A stretch of DNA of 30,278 bases from a virus (IMGVR_UViG_3300017548_000013:1-30278), one strand, 5' to 3'; counted from the first letter of the stretch, positions 8,538 through 17,964 are shown. The notes: generated from the sequence alone by a model not told the origin. Made by a program: numbers and translations.

Positions 8538-8993
8538 CTAGGCGCTGGCTAAGCGCTTGTAGTAGTGGGTCTCGGTCTTGACGTAGCCGCGGCGCTCATA
8601 GATGCGGCCGGCACGAGCGTTGACTTCCATCGCCGCCATGCCCGCGAACGTGGCATTGCGGCCGTCAGCCCAGCATTCGAAGAGGTCGAGCATTTCCGTT
8701 GCCGCGCGGCCCCTGGCTGATGGGTCGATCCACCATCCGAAGTCTCGGGCGAAACTGATGTCGGCCATCGGCGAGGGCGCGACATAGGCCAGAAGAAACC
8801 CGACCGCCCTACCCTCCTGCGCATAGATGATGCAGGCCCGGTCCGGCAGCGTCAGGGATTGGCGAAACAGGTTGTCGGCATGGGCCGCGCTGAACGACCA
8901 CGGCAGTTTGCCAGCGGCGTGCGCCTCTTTCGACATGCGGATGACGCGCACCCGATCATCAGGGGTAGCAAAGCGTACCTCAGAGGAAACCAA
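8538..8993 (-). CDS. GNAT-family N-acetyltransferase
   Basis: VRFATPDD at the N-terminus, WWIDPSARGR (motif A-like), AGRIYERRGY (motif B-like). Start re-called to TTG at 8993, 5 nt after GGGAGG (151 aa); the ORF track starts at 9083. Confidence 0.85.
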   Translation of the reverse strand: MVSSEVRFATPDDRVRVIRMSKEAHAAGKLPWSFSAAHADNLFRQSLTLPDRACIIYAQEGRAVGFLLAYVAPSPMADISFARDFGWWIDPSARGRAATEMLDLFECWADGRNATFAGMAAMEVNARAGRIYERRGYVKTETHYYKRLASA

Positions 8994-9660
8994 GGAAGCC
9001 TCCCCAGCCGAAGAGCCCCGATGGCTTGGTTTCCACCTTCCCCGATATCTGGCCCCAATCGTGGTCCCAGTCTCCAACCACATTGGCGTCGATGAAGAAG
9101 TCGTCGTTCGGATCGCGCAGCTTCTGGCTTTCGTGGCTGCGCGTATCAGGATTGGACCGCACCATCTCCTGGGTGTGACTGACGCAGTTGAGCGTCACCC
9201 CACCATCCTCGTTCTCGGCCGGCGTCTTGATCTGGATCGTATCGACGAAGCCCACCCAGCGGCAGAACGCCGGGGCAACCAGGGTGCGGCTATCGGGATC
9301 GAAGAGCCCGCGATGGATTTCGATGCGCGCCTGCTTCACGTCATAGTCGCGCACCGCCTGCTCGACCATCTCGTCGAGCTGCGACATGGAGATCGTGACG
9401 TTCTGGACCGTCAGCACGGCGACCAGTGGAATGTCGCTGATCGAGATCAGGCCGCCAGCGCCGTAGAACGTGCGCGTCACGGCCAGGTCGGTATCCGGGT
9501 CGATAACCTGGGCAGTGACGTTCTGGAGGTCGGACCAGAAGCCGACCGAGATCGGCGCGCCGGTATCGCGGGTGCGCGCCACGATCCAGAGGAAATCGCG
9601 CGGCACAAGCGACCGTGCCGCGAGCGCTGCCAGCGTCTCGGCGGAGAGAGATCGAGCCAT
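8980..9660 (-). CDS. Tail hub / baseplate-type protein (DUF2163-like position)
   Basis: Start re-called to MARSLSAETL at 9660 (226 aa); FYGAGGLISIS and RSHESQKLRDPNDDFF features; follows the distal tail gene. Confidence 0.7.
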   Translation of the reverse strand: MARSLSAETLAALAARSLVPRDFLWIVARTRDTGAPISVGFWSDLQNVTAQVIDPDTDLAVTRTFYGAGGLISISDIPLVAVLTVQNVTISMSQLDEMVEQAVRDYDVKQARIEIHRGLFDPDSRTLVAPAFCRWVGFVDTIQIKTPAENEDGGVTLNCVSHTQEMVRSNPDTRSHESQKLRDPNDDFFIDANVVGDWDHDWGQISGKVETKPSGLFGWGGFLGFL

Positions 9661-9676
9661 TGGAATATCCTTGCGA

Positions 9677-10330
9677 CTATCGCGCCTCGATGGCGTCGAA
9701 AGAAATCGAACCCCGGCCACTGCGGGGATCGGCGCTGCTGGAAATGGAGCCGGGCATCAACACCATCGGAACGCCTGGCCGCTTGACCGACACCGTGTCC
9801 CCGATCGACATGCCGACCGGGAAATGCGGCCGAACCTCGAAAGTCGTGGTGAGCCCGAAGCTATCCGCCATCGCCGTTTCATCGGCCCGAAAGAGGTACT
9901 TCCTGCCGGTCGCCGTGGTGACCTGCATCATGTCGCCGATGCTGAACCGATAGCCTTGCGGCAGGCCAGTGACGCGTAGCGACTTGTTGTTCGCGCCAAG
10001 CGTGTGGATCGCTGCCGACACCCCGTCGAAGGCCTCACCGGTCGGCCAGGAGCCGTTGGGATAGGCGATCGGGAAGCACCTCGACAGAGAATAGGCCGTG
10101 AAGGTCAGCAGACCGTTTTCGAGGACATCCAGACGCGCGCGCCAATGGTCGAGTTCGTTCGGTGAGAGCGTGCGCGAGGAGTAGGAAGCCCGCCAGATGG
10201 GCGAGCCGAAATCCTTTACGCGCGTCCTGCCATTGGCCTGCCGGCTCTGTTCCTGGCGCCACAACAGGCTGAAGTCGGTTGCCCAGCCTGGGAAGTCGGA
10301 AAGCAGGTCGATGGGCTCGGTAAGTGCCAT
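9677..10330 (-). CDS. Distal tail (Dit-like) protein
   Basis: 217 aa immediately after the tape measure gene; beta-rich; GGAGG RBS. Confidence 0.7.
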   Translation of the reverse strand: MALTEPIDLLSDFPGWATDFSLLWRQEQSRQANGRTRVKDFGSPIWRASYSSRTLSPNELDHWRARLDVLENGLLTFTAYSLSRCFPIAYPNGSWPTGEAFDGVSAAIHTLGANNKSLRVTGLPQGYRFSIGDMMQVTTATGRKYLFRADETAMADSFGLTTTFEVRPHFPVGMSIGDTVSVKRPGVPMVLMPGSISSSADPRSGRGSISFDAIEAR

Positions 10331-10339
10331 GCCGGCCTC

Positions 10340-12331
10340 CTATGACTTCGCGCCCCACTTCTTGCGGCGCATGATCTCGTTGCGGATGGTTGGGATGAGC
10401 TCGGCCTTGTGACGAGCAAGCTGCCCTTCCAGCCGGCCGATAACGGACGCGTCCGTGCCGCGGGCATCGATGGCGTACGTGACGTTGACATCACCGCCAG
10501 CCGCCCCTGCCACCGTGCCAAAGGATGGGATGGCGAAGCCCCGCCTCATCGCTTCAACTGCCGCCACTCCTCCGGCGCTGGCCACATCACCCTGCGACCA
10601 AACCACCTCGCCCTTATGCACGATGCCGGCGGGCTGATTGCGTGCCCCCGGTCCGGTGTATCCGCCAGAGGCGAAGCCGAGCGCCTTGCCTATCAGGCCG
10701 AACGGGTTGGTGCCCGATCCTGTGCCGAATAGGCTATTGAGGCCAAGGTCCAGCAACTTGCTTCCCAACTGCTGGAACACATTGCCGAGAGCTTCAGCCG
10801 CAGATTTGCCAGCGACGAGATCGTCAATGAAACCCCGAGTGATATCGCGCGAGGTGGAGAACCAGTCTTCCATCTGCTGCCGAGCCATGTCCTGAGCTTC
10901 GGCCAGCTTGGCGGCCTCGACGGTTGCATCCGCGTAGCCCTGTGCGAGCTGGTCGATGGTATTGGCCAACTCAGGAGTGACTGCAACGCCGGCTTTCTCC
11001 GCTGCGTTCAGTAGTTCTTGGCGTGTCCTCAACTCGGTGAGCTGACGACCGTAGTCATTCAGGAGCGGGTTGAGAGTCGCCTGAATCGCATTCTCCTCGC
11101 GCAGGTTGTCGATGCGGCGGCGCTGCGCCTCCAACGAGTCATCGAAACGCTGACCGGAGGACTTGCCTGTTTTTGCCGCACCTGACGCCGCGTAGTCGGC
11201 TATCGAGACCTGATCGATAGCACGTCCTCCTGCGGCCTTGGCGGCGAGAGCATTCACAAGAGGGCCATTTGGTCGTTGCGCGCCAATGGTGGCAAATGAG
11301 CCCGCGATCACGTCGCCCGCATTACTCCCGGCGCCCATAGGGATGAGCCCGCGCGCGCGCATCTGTTCGGGAGTGGTGCCGCTGTTGAGCCACTTGAAGA
11401 CGTCAGAGTTGCCGATGTTTGAAAAGAACTGCTCCATGGCCGAGCGGCCGGCAGCGAGTTGCTCGATCATCCCCGACACGTTGATTCCGTCGATCGCTGC
11501 CGCAACACCATCCAGGGATGCTGCGAACTTGTTCGCCGCGCCGGTGGACTTATCGAATTCCATCACTGCGTTGATCATGGAGTTCTGAATTCTGTCGAAG
11601 GCCTGCGAAACGGTGATCTGCGAGTTCTGCACCTTCTCATCGAGCATCGGGGCGCCAGCCTCGAACGCGCGGAAGAACGCTTCGGACGAGACCTTCCCGT
11701 CGATAACCAGCTTGCGCAGCTCGGCGACTGATCCACCGGCCTCCTTAAGCCCCGCGGCGACCGCCTGAAGGATTGGCAGTGCGCCTTCCTGAACGGAATT
11801 GAATTCCTCGGCGCGCACAACACCGGATCCCAGGAGCTGCGACAACTGAAGCAGAGCCCCGCTGGCCTCCTGCGCGGACTGTCCTGACACGCGTAGCGCT
11901 ACGGCGACCTTGTCGGTAAACCCCAGCAATTCCTCGGTCGATACTCCCAGCTCATTCTGCACGAGGGCGGCGCGTCCATAGAGCGTTGTCAGAGCCTCAA
12001 GCGGAGCGGCATTGCGCTGGGCAGAGGCGTACAAGCTCTCATAGACGCGAGTGAGCTCTTCACCAGCCAGCCCAGTGACCTTGAGTGCGTTCTGGATGCG
12101 CGTCGAGGCATCCAAAAGCCGCTGGGCCTGTTGGAGCGAGAAGCCAGCCCCAAGGATTGCGAACGCCTTGGTCAGGCCAGAACCTATCGCCGGCCCTACC
12201 TTTGCCCAGCGGTCCTCGATTTGCTTGGCAGCCTTATTGGTCTGTTGCGTCGCCCGGGCCATGGCGCGATCGAATTTTGTGACGCTGGCCTCGAGCGAAA
12301 CAACCAGACGCTCAACTTCTGTGGTGGCCAT
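10340..12331 (-). CDS. Tail tape measure protein
   Basis: 663 aa, Ala-rich helical; tape-measure N-terminal motif ALLQLSQLLGSGVVRAEEFNSV and C-terminal FASGGYTG...AGIVHKGEVV. Confidence 0.93.
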   Translation of the reverse strand: MATTEVERLVVSLEASVTKFDRAMARATQQTNKAAKQIEDRWAKVGPAIGSGLTKAFAILGAGFSLQQAQRLLDASTRIQNALKVTGLAGEELTRVYESLYASAQRNAAPLEALTTLYGRAALVQNELGVSTEELLGFTDKVAVALRVSGQSAQEASGALLQLSQLLGSGVVRAEEFNSVQEGALPILQAVAAGLKEAGGSVAELRKLVIDGKVSSEAFFRAFEAGAPMLDEKVQNSQITVSQAFDRIQNSMINAVMEFDKSTGAANKFAASLDGVAAAIDGINVSGMIEQLAAGRSAMEQFFSNIGNSDVFKWLNSGTTPEQMRARGLIPMGAGSNAGDVIAGSFATIGAQRPNGPLVNALAAKAAGGRAIDQVSIADYAASGAAKTGKSSGQRFDDSLEAQRRRIDNLREENAIQATLNPLLNDYGRQLTELRTRQELLNAAEKAGVAVTPELANTIDQLAQGYADATVEAAKLAEAQDMARQQMEDWFSTSRDITRGFIDDLVAGKSAAEALGNVFQQLGSKLLDLGLNSLFGTGSGTNPFGLIGKALGFASGGYTGPGARNQPAGIVHKGEVVWSQGDVASAGGVAAVEAMRRGFAIPSFGTVAGAAGGDVNVTYAIDARGTDASVIGRLEGQLARHKAELIPTIRNEIMRRKKWGAKS

Positions 12332-12334
12332 GGG

Positions 12335-12670
12335 CTACTCGCTCTCGAACTCGACCGTTCCGGCGGGGACCGGCCCGTTCTCGCCCCAAAAATAAACTTG
12401 TGTGGTGAGGACGCGCGGGGGCGCGTCCATGTCGAGAACCCATTCCCAGAGTTCATCTGCCTCACGAGCGGATAGCTTCTTGGCGTCTTTTGGGGTGTGC
12501 GCCGCCAGGTATCCGTTCAGCGCCGAGAAGTATTGCCAGAGGCTCATCTCGTCGATCTGCTGTGGCGTGAAGCCCATCGCAGCCCCGGCACCGTAGACTT
12601 CGGCTATTCGGAACTTTCCGTTGGGGAGGTCGTCGAGGCGTCGTCCGTCGCCTCCCCTTGGGCTTCCCCC
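12335..12670 (-). CDS. Tail assembly chaperone C-terminal extension (gpT-like), reached by -1 frameshift
   Basis: The frame is -1 relative to the chaperone and open across its 3' end; contains GAAMGFTPQQIDEMSLWQY; slippery G GGG GAA at 12670-12664. Confidence 0.75.
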   Translation of the reverse strand, partial: GGSPRGGDGRRLDDLPNGKFRIAEVYGAGAAMGFTPQQIDEMSLWQYFSALNGYLAAHTPKDAKKLSAREADELWEWVLDMDAPPRVLTTQVYFWGENGPVPAGTVEFESE

Positions 12671-12990
12671 GGTTTTTCGTCTCCTGGACCATAGCAGGCA
12701 AGGCCGAGGAGGCCGCGGGCGAACACGACGTTCTCGGCCGGCGGGCGCTGCTCCACATAGTCCTGAACAAGCTTCAATGCCGCCTCTGGCACCATGCCGC
12801 CGCCGATCAGCGCCAAGCGGATCGTGTGGCTGATTTCCTCGATACGGCATTGCCGGTTCGAAAGGCGCTCCAGAATGACGAAGGCGCCAGCGTCGCAGGC
12901 CTCTTGGAGCATGATGATCTGCTTCCAAGCCAGACGGAACGTATGGGTGCCGTCTGCCCACGGCAGGGTGATTTCGGCGTGGCGTCCCAT
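12604..12990 (-). CDS. Tail assembly chaperone (gpG-like, GTA gp10 / TAC_11-like)
   Basis: 128 aa between tail tube and tape measure; WADGTHTFRL and IRLALIGGGM motifs. Confidence 0.85.
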   Translation of the reverse strand: MGRHAEITLPWADGTHTFRLAWKQIIMLQEACDAGAFVILERLSNRQCRIEEISHTIRLALIGGGMVPEAALKLVQDYVEQRPPAENVVFARGLLGLACYGPGDEKPGEAQGEATDDASTTSPTESSE

Positions 12991-13436
12991 CAGCTGGCCG
13001 GCGTGGTCACGCGGACCATTTCGCCATCAGACTGCATGCTGATGGTTGCGGTAACGCGGCGGGCGTTGGGGGCCGTGGCCTCGATAGTCTCGACATGCAT
13101 CTTGCCGGTATAGGTGATGGTCTTGGCAGGGAACTCAATCTCGACCTTCATCGGCACGGATTCGACGCTCTCCCAGGCTTCGAGCCAGGTATCGACAGAC
13201 TCCTGCGCCAGAACGCCTTCGCCGCTGATCGACATGGCCAGCGAGACAGCATCACGCCCCAGCCAGTCGACCTTGTCGGGATCGGCGCAGTCCGGCACCT
13301 GCACATCTTCAAGACCCTTGGTGAAGGTCACCGTCTTGGAAGTGAAGCCGCACGGCGCCGAGTAAACGATGGGGAGGGCGTCGTTTCCGAGCAAAACCCG
13401 GACCTTGCCCCCACGCGTGGTGGTTGCCTGAGTCAT
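12990..13436 (-). CDS. Major tail tube protein
   Basis: 148 aa; PCGFTSK, VPDCADPD and SISGEGVL motifs of GTA-like tail tubes; GGAG RBS. Confidence 0.9.
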   Translation of the reverse strand: MTQATTTRGGKVRVLLGNDALPIVYSAPCGFTSKTVTFTKGLEDVQVPDCADPDKVDWLGRDAVSLAMSISGEGVLAQESVDTWLEAWESVESVPMKVEIEFPAKTITYTGKMHVETIEATAPNARRVTATISMQSDGEMVRVTTPAS

Positions 13437-13479
13437 TTGTGATCTCCGTGAAAATGGCCGTACTCGGCCGGGTATTGCC

Positions 13480-13911
13480 TCAGGGGGTTTCCACCTGGGC
13501 GGTGAACTGGATCACGCCATGGTTGATGGCGGGATTGGGATCGTCGATGACACGCATCAGCTCCATCTGGAGCGACACAAGAGCGTTGGTCGTAAGCGTG
13601 AGATCAACATCGTGCAGGGCGCGCTTCACGGCGCCCATGATCTTGCGGCACTCGACGGAGCCATAGGCCTCACCTGCCCCGCTCGACCAGACATCGATCT
13701 GGATGGTGATCTCCTCGCCGTCGAGGCAATCGTAGTCGTCAGGGATCGAGGTCGACGGCCCCATCGAGATGTACGGGAACGGCACGTTCGGGGTGCCGTC
13801 CTGTTTCTCGGGCACCCGATCATAGATCCGCGTCCCGACGAACCCCGTCACGGCCGCCGTGGCGCGCAGCTTGTTGATGCACGCAAGGACGAGCTCATAG
13901 CTGGCGTCCAT
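13480..13911 (-). CDS. Tail terminator, DUF3168 family
   Basis: 143 aa; RIYDRVP, FPYISMG, IQIDVWS, HGVIQF. Confidence 0.9.
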   Translation of the reverse strand: MDASYELVLACINKLRATAAVTGFVGTRIYDRVPEKQDGTPNVPFPYISMGPSTSIPDDYDCLDGEEITIQIDVWSSGAGEAYGSVECRKIMGAVKRALHDVDLTLTTNALVSLQMELMRVIDDPNPAINHGVIQFTAQVETP

Positions 13912-13912
13912 G

Positions 13913-14368
13913 TCAGCCTCCCACCGCGATGCGTTTGGCAGCCTTATTCACCGCCCGCGTCACCCTGCCCTTCACGCGTCGGCGCACAGCCCGATACGCC
14001 GGGTAGAAGAATGGCTGCGCGCGGGTACCCGGGTTCTCGCTGCCAGCGAACATGCCGGCATTGGTATGCGGCGATGTCCCGAACTCGACCCAGCGAGCCC
14101 AGAACGCCTTATCGTCGCCAGCATATATCGTGATCACCAAGTTCCCGGTGCCGCCGACCTTACCCAAGGTCATCGACCCCTTCGGCGCGTCGCCCCATGT
14201 CCAGCCGATGCTTTCGGCCAGCGCGCCGGTGTCACGCGGCACGAGAGACTTGGCGAGCGCCACCACCTCGTTGGCGCTGACCTCCATGGCGGCGCGAATC
14301 TCGGCCTCAACCGTCGCCGGAAACGTTCGCAGCTTACGCTTGAGCCGGTCGAGCCCCTGAATGGTCAT
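13913..14368 (-). CDS. HK97 gp10-family neck/tail-completion protein
   Basis: VPRDTGALAESI, ARWVEFGT, AQPFFYPA. Start re-called to MTIQGL at 14368 (ATGA overlap). Confidence 0.9.
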   Translation of the reverse strand: MTIQGLDRLKRKLRTFPATVEAEIRAAMEVSANEVVALAKSLVPRDTGALAESIGWTWGDAPKGSMTLGKVGGTGNLVITIYAGDDKAFWARWVEFGTSPHTNAGMFAGSENPGTRAQPFFYPAYRAVRRRVKGRVTRAVNKAAKRIAVGG

Positions 14369-14748
14369 GAAGGCCGTCCCGCCACTACCAGGTACTCGAT
14401 CCACTGCCGCTTGCCGTCTGGATCAGTGCCCGGGGCCACGATGTTGTAGAACAGGTTCGGCTCGTCATCGGTGAAGCCGGCGCGCTCGTCGACGAGGCGC
14501 CATGCCGGCGTCACATTGAGCATGCGCTCCGAGAACCGCACCGTAACGACATACGGTTGGTTGCCTTGCAGGCGCGCCGCGGTGACGCTTTCGCCGCCGG
14601 TGCGTGGCGCCATGGCAGCGGCCAGCGAGAACTGGGTCACGAACTTCCCGCCCGGCACCTGTGTGCCGAACCCGTCATCAACCATGGGCCGGTTCTGGAA
14701 GGCCAGCCGATAGCGCAGGGCGCCGAAGCGACGGTTGCCGTCAGCCAT
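14365..14748 (-). CDS. Head closure / head-tail adaptor (SPP1 gp16-like)
   Basis: GALRYRLAFQ...DDGFG...GGESVTAARLQG; start re-called to MADGNRR at 14748. Confidence 0.85.
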   Translation of the reverse strand: MADGNRRFGALRYRLAFQNRPMVDDGFGTQVPGGKFVTQFSLAAAMAPRTGGESVTAARLQGNQPYVVTVRFSERMLNVTPAWRLVDERAGFTDDEPNLFYNIVAPGTDPDGKRQWIEYLVVAGRPS

Positions 14749-14971
14749 TATCTTCTCCGAAGACAACAAGCTTGGCAGCGACCTCAATCAACACCACCGT
14801 GCCTCCATCCTTCTCGATCACCTCCCAACCATCGGGGCCGGCAGAGCCTTTCACGGGCTGCTGAATGGTCACGCCGATGACGCCTGCCATTTGCTCGCCA
14901 CCGACGAAAACCTTGGGAAACCTACGGTTGGCAGACTTCGTGATTCGGACATTGGATTCAGGAATCGACAC
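14741..14971 (-). CDS. Hypothetical protein (about 76 aa)
   Basis: Fills the gap with short overlaps on both sides; GTG start at 14971 is a judgement call. Confidence 0.5.
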   Translation of the reverse strand: MSIPESNVRITKSANRRFPKVFVGGEQMAGVIGVTIQQPVKGSAGPDGWEVIEKDGGTVVLIEVAAKLVVFGEDNG

Positions 14972-15191
14972 GGCGAGCCCCCTTCCTGCCCTTGGCCGCA
15001 ATGGTGGCCGCAACGCCTGCCGGTGGCGCGGCAGTCTCCACCAGCACCGCCTTGCCAAGGTTCAACGCCTTCTCGGCGCACTCCAGGCGCACGAACGCGA
15101 CCTGGCCGGCGCGGTAGGCAATGGTCGACATGGGCGAGGGCTTCCAATCCCAGTCCACAAGGAACCGGACGCGACGGCCTGAAAGTGTCAT
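14958..15191 (-). CDS. Hypothetical small neck-region protein
   Basis: 77 aa, GGAGAG RBS, VRFLVDWDWKP..TIAYRAG. Confidence 0.65.
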   Translation of the reverse strand: MTLSGRRVRFLVDWDWKPSPMSTIAYRAGQVAFVRLECAEKALNLGKAVLVETAAPPAGVAATIAAKGRKGARRVDS

Positions 15192-15200
15192 GACGCTCTC

Positions 15201-15551
15201 CTATGCGAGCGAGGGCTTCCGAAGACGAAATAGCAGCCCCACGATGGGGTTCTTGGGGTCGGCACCTGTGGTGCCCGAGAGGCCGGACAGCATCGCCATA
15301 GACTCGTCGGTATCATCGAGCAGGCACTTCACGGCCATGATGATGGCGGCCGTCACCTGGCCGGGGACCGTGGTGTCCGTCCATTCTGGATCGGGCTTTG
15401 GCTGAACGAAGTCGAGAACGATAGCCTCAGCCTGTGCGATCTTGAGTTCGATATCCGGCGTGCGCTCGTCGGCGGCGTAGCCGGGCTGAGAGCCCTGAAG
15501 GTCGAGGCGCAGAGCATCGTTGACCTGCTTCAGTGTCACGAGAGCCATCAA
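15201..15551 (-). CDS. Head-tail connector (HK97 gp6-like)
   Basis: LVTLKQVNDALRLD...IAQAEAIVLDF...VPGQVTAAI...LLFRLRKPSLA. Confidence 0.85.
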   Translation of the reverse strand: MMALVTLKQVNDALRLDLQGSQPGYAADERTPDIELKIAQAEAIVLDFVQPKPDPEWTDTTVPGQVTAAIIMAVKCLLDDTDESMAMLSGLSGTTGADPKNPIVGLLFRLRKPSLA

Positions 15552-16558
15552 CTCACCTTGACCGGCTGAGGGGCCGCCTTCTCCTTCAGGACGCCATCCT
15601 TGCCGTTCTGGCCTTTCTTGACCGCGAGGCGCCAGTCATCGCTCTGGTCAGGCTTCGCGCCTGTCTCCTTCTGGCAGATCCAGTACGAGCCGCCCCAGGT
15701 GACGCCATCGCCGGGCTGGTACTTGCGACCATCGTGATAGACGCCGCGATCGAGCATCACGGGAAGCGTGAAAGCGAACTCCTTCACCTTGTCGCCGTTG
15801 GCGAACCGGAACGTGAATGACCGGGCGCCATCGTGGATCACTTCGAGATCGTCGAACCCGAGGCCGTCGAGACCATCTTTCGGGCGGGGAATGGCATCGA
15901 CCATTTCCTTGATGCGGCGCTCAATAGCGATGTCATCAGCATCACGACCAACAACCTGGCCGAGTTCCTTGATCTCGCCGTTCGAAAGCGTCAGCACCAA
16001 GTTGCCATCGCGGTCGATCAGCGCGCCAGCCACTCCGACGCCATCCTCGCCATCTTCCGGCACCGGCAGGCCTCGTACAGCCGTATCCATAGCCGTGGAG
16101 ACGAGTTCCTCCACCATCGGGGCCAAGTCCTCTACCGTGACGCTCTTGCCGTCCTGAGGCTCAGGAATGGCCGCAATGGCGTCATCAAGCACGGGCTGCG
16201 CGATCTCGGAGACCATTTGTCGGATTTGCTCAGGGTCCGGCTCGTATGGTTCGGGCGTGACAGGCACGACCGGCGGCATCTTGGCGACTTCATCGGCCAC
16301 GATCTGGCGGACCTCGTCCATATCAACGGCGCGCGGCTCAATATGGGACCCGACCTCAGCCACGGCAGCATCGATCAGTCGCGCCACCGCCTCCATATCC
16401 ACCTCGCCCGGGTCGCCCTTCTCGGGCACGGGCTGCGAGGCGATCTGACGCTCGAGCGCGACGATGCGTTCGGCCAGCGGCTGCGCGGAAGCGGTCACGA
16501 ACTCGCGGAGCGTCGGCGCGATGCCCTTCATGAGCAAAGCGATGTCCGAGTGCTTCAT
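15548..16558 (-). CDS. Repeat-containing structural protein with short collagen-like triplets and an aromatic C-terminal module
   Basis: 336 aa; about five degenerate helical repeats ending in P..DG, and C-terminal DRGVY...YQPGDGVTWGGSYW...DWRLAVKKG. Confidence 0.7.
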   Translation of the reverse strand: MKHSDIALLMKGIAPTLREFVTASAQPLAERIVALERQIASQPVPEKGDPGEVDMEAVARLIDAAVAEVGSHIEPRAVDMDEVRQIVADEVAKMPPVVPVTPEPYEPDPEQIRQMVSEIAQPVLDDAIAAIPEPQDGKSVTVEDLAPMVEELVSTAMDTAVRGLPVPEDGEDGVGVAGALIDRDGNLVLTLSNGEIKELGQVVGRDADDIAIERRIKEMVDAIPRPKDGLDGLGFDDLEVIHDGARSFTFRFANGDKVKEFAFTLPVMLDRGVYHDGRKYQPGDGVTWGGSYWICQKETGAKPDQSDDWRLAVKKGQNGKDGVLKEKAAPQPVKVS

Positions 16559-17964
16559 CAGGCGGTCCTCTGTGGCTTTGGGAGCGCCAGAACGGGCGCC
16601 ATGTCCTTGAACTCTGCCTCGAGGATCGCGCGTGCGGCATCCTGCGCGGCAGCAGGTGTCATGTCAGGCTCTTCATCGGTGGCTGGCGCCGGCGACGAAC
16701 CGCCACCAGTTCCGAATGGATCATCCTGCTGGTCGCGCTTCTGGAGTGCCGTGAGGCTATAGTTCTGCTGCTGGAGATAGACGTCGGCGCCACCCGTGGT
16801 CTTACCCAACCCGAGCCGGCGGCGCATTTCATCGATCGTCATGATCCCGGCGGCCTTGTCGAGCACGTCCATTTGCGTGACCGAATCCATCCGAAGCAGG
16901 TTGTCGATATCGAACTCGGTCCCCAGGCTCTCGCCCGTGTTCAGCCCCTCGTCGAGGCATAGCTCTATGGCCTCAATCAGCACCTGGAGCGCCTGGGAGT
17001 AGTACTCGACGTTGAGCGCCTGGACGTTGTTGTAGGTCGGCGCCTGGCCGATGCCGATCTTGTAGGGCGGGACGTGATAGGTGGAGCAAACCACCTCAGC
17101 TGACCACTTCAACTGCTCAATGGTCTGGGCGTCGGTGTTCTTCATCGACAGCTGCTCAAACTTGAGCCCATCGCCGAGAACTGCGACCTTCCCGCGGTTG
17201 CGGCCGCCATAGTTGGCCTCCCAAGAGGCCTTCATCTCCTCGGCGTCGTTCTGGTCGATATGACCAGCGGCAACGAGGATGCCGCCAGGCATGGAGCCAT
17301 TCTGGTAGTACTGGGTCGAGCTGTTCTGGATCGCCAAGCCCTGCGTTGCAGCGAGCCCGTTGGCGAAGATAGGAGAGAGGCCGACCAGAGGATGAAAGAA
17401 GCAGTTGAACCGATCGTGGATGATCTCGGATGCCGGCACGACAACGCGCTGCTCCAGGCCCACCAGAGCGTCGGTGTTGAGTTCGTAGAATACCTCGCCA
17501 TTGTCCGCGACAAGCGGCGTGACGAGCGTCGGATCCAGCACGTAGAGACGCACCACGACGTTGCGCAGGTCGCGCTGCTTGAGCACGTACGCGTTGCCGC
17601 GCTGAAGCTTGGACAGCACCCAGGACTCGAAGAACTGCATCCGGTTCTGGAAATGGTTCGGCTTCCGAAGCACCGGCTTGTAGGGCGACTGCTTCGTGAC
17701 CTCGGTCCAGATGCCATCAGCATCGCGCTCGACGAGCTTGATCCGCAGCTTCGAAATATCCGACGCGATGAGGGTCTGGCAGGCGAAGACGGCATGGAAG
17801 GACAAAACGCTGTCGAGCTTGACCTCGACGTTCTGCTGCCAGGCACCAGAGAAGCTTTCCCGGATCAGAGGCCACCATCCCCGATTGGTATCGATGGGCG
17901 AGACCGCCTTCTGCGCCCGCGGCGCAACAGCCCGAGCCAGCGCTGACGTCAGTTTGCTAGCCAT
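16558..17964 (-). CDS. Portal protein, HK97 family
   Basis: AVFACQTLIASDISKL, LRKPNHFQ, GNAY, EIIHDR, GLSPI, YHVPPYKIG, MTIDEMR. Confidence 0.95.
   Translation of the reverse strand: MASKLTSALARAVAPRAQKAVSPIDTNRGWWPLIRESFSGAWQQNVEVKLDSVLSFHAVFACQTLIASDISKLRIKLVERDADGIWTEVTKQSPYKPVLRKPNHFQNRMQFFESWVLSKLQRGNAYVLKQRDLRNVVVRLYVLDPTLVTPLVADNGEVFYELNTDALVGLEQRVVVPASEIIHDRFNCFFHPLVGLSPIFANGLAATQGLAIQNSSTQYYQNGSMPGGILVAAGHIDQNDAEEMKASWEANYGGRNRGKVAVLGDGLKFEQLSMKNTDAQTIEQLKWSAEVVCSTYHVPPYKIGIGQAPTYNNVQALNVEYYSQALQVLIEAIELCLDEGLNTGESLGTEFDIDNLLRMDSVTQMDVLDKAAGIMTIDEMRRRLGLGKTTGGADVYLQQQNYSLTALQKRDQQDDPFGTGGGSSPAPATDEEPDMTPAAAQDAARAILEAEFKDMAPVLALPKPQRTA

Noticed and set aside
13451-13469. Hairpin GGCCG/CGGCC with a short T run before the tail tube gene
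   Set aside because: A 5-bp stem in GC-rich DNA is too weak to call a terminator.
9677-13911. Gene transfer agent rather than phage
   Set aside because: Some tail genes are GTA-like, but a primase-helicase, gp74-like HNH, cos-like region and full-length tape measure indicate a true phage.
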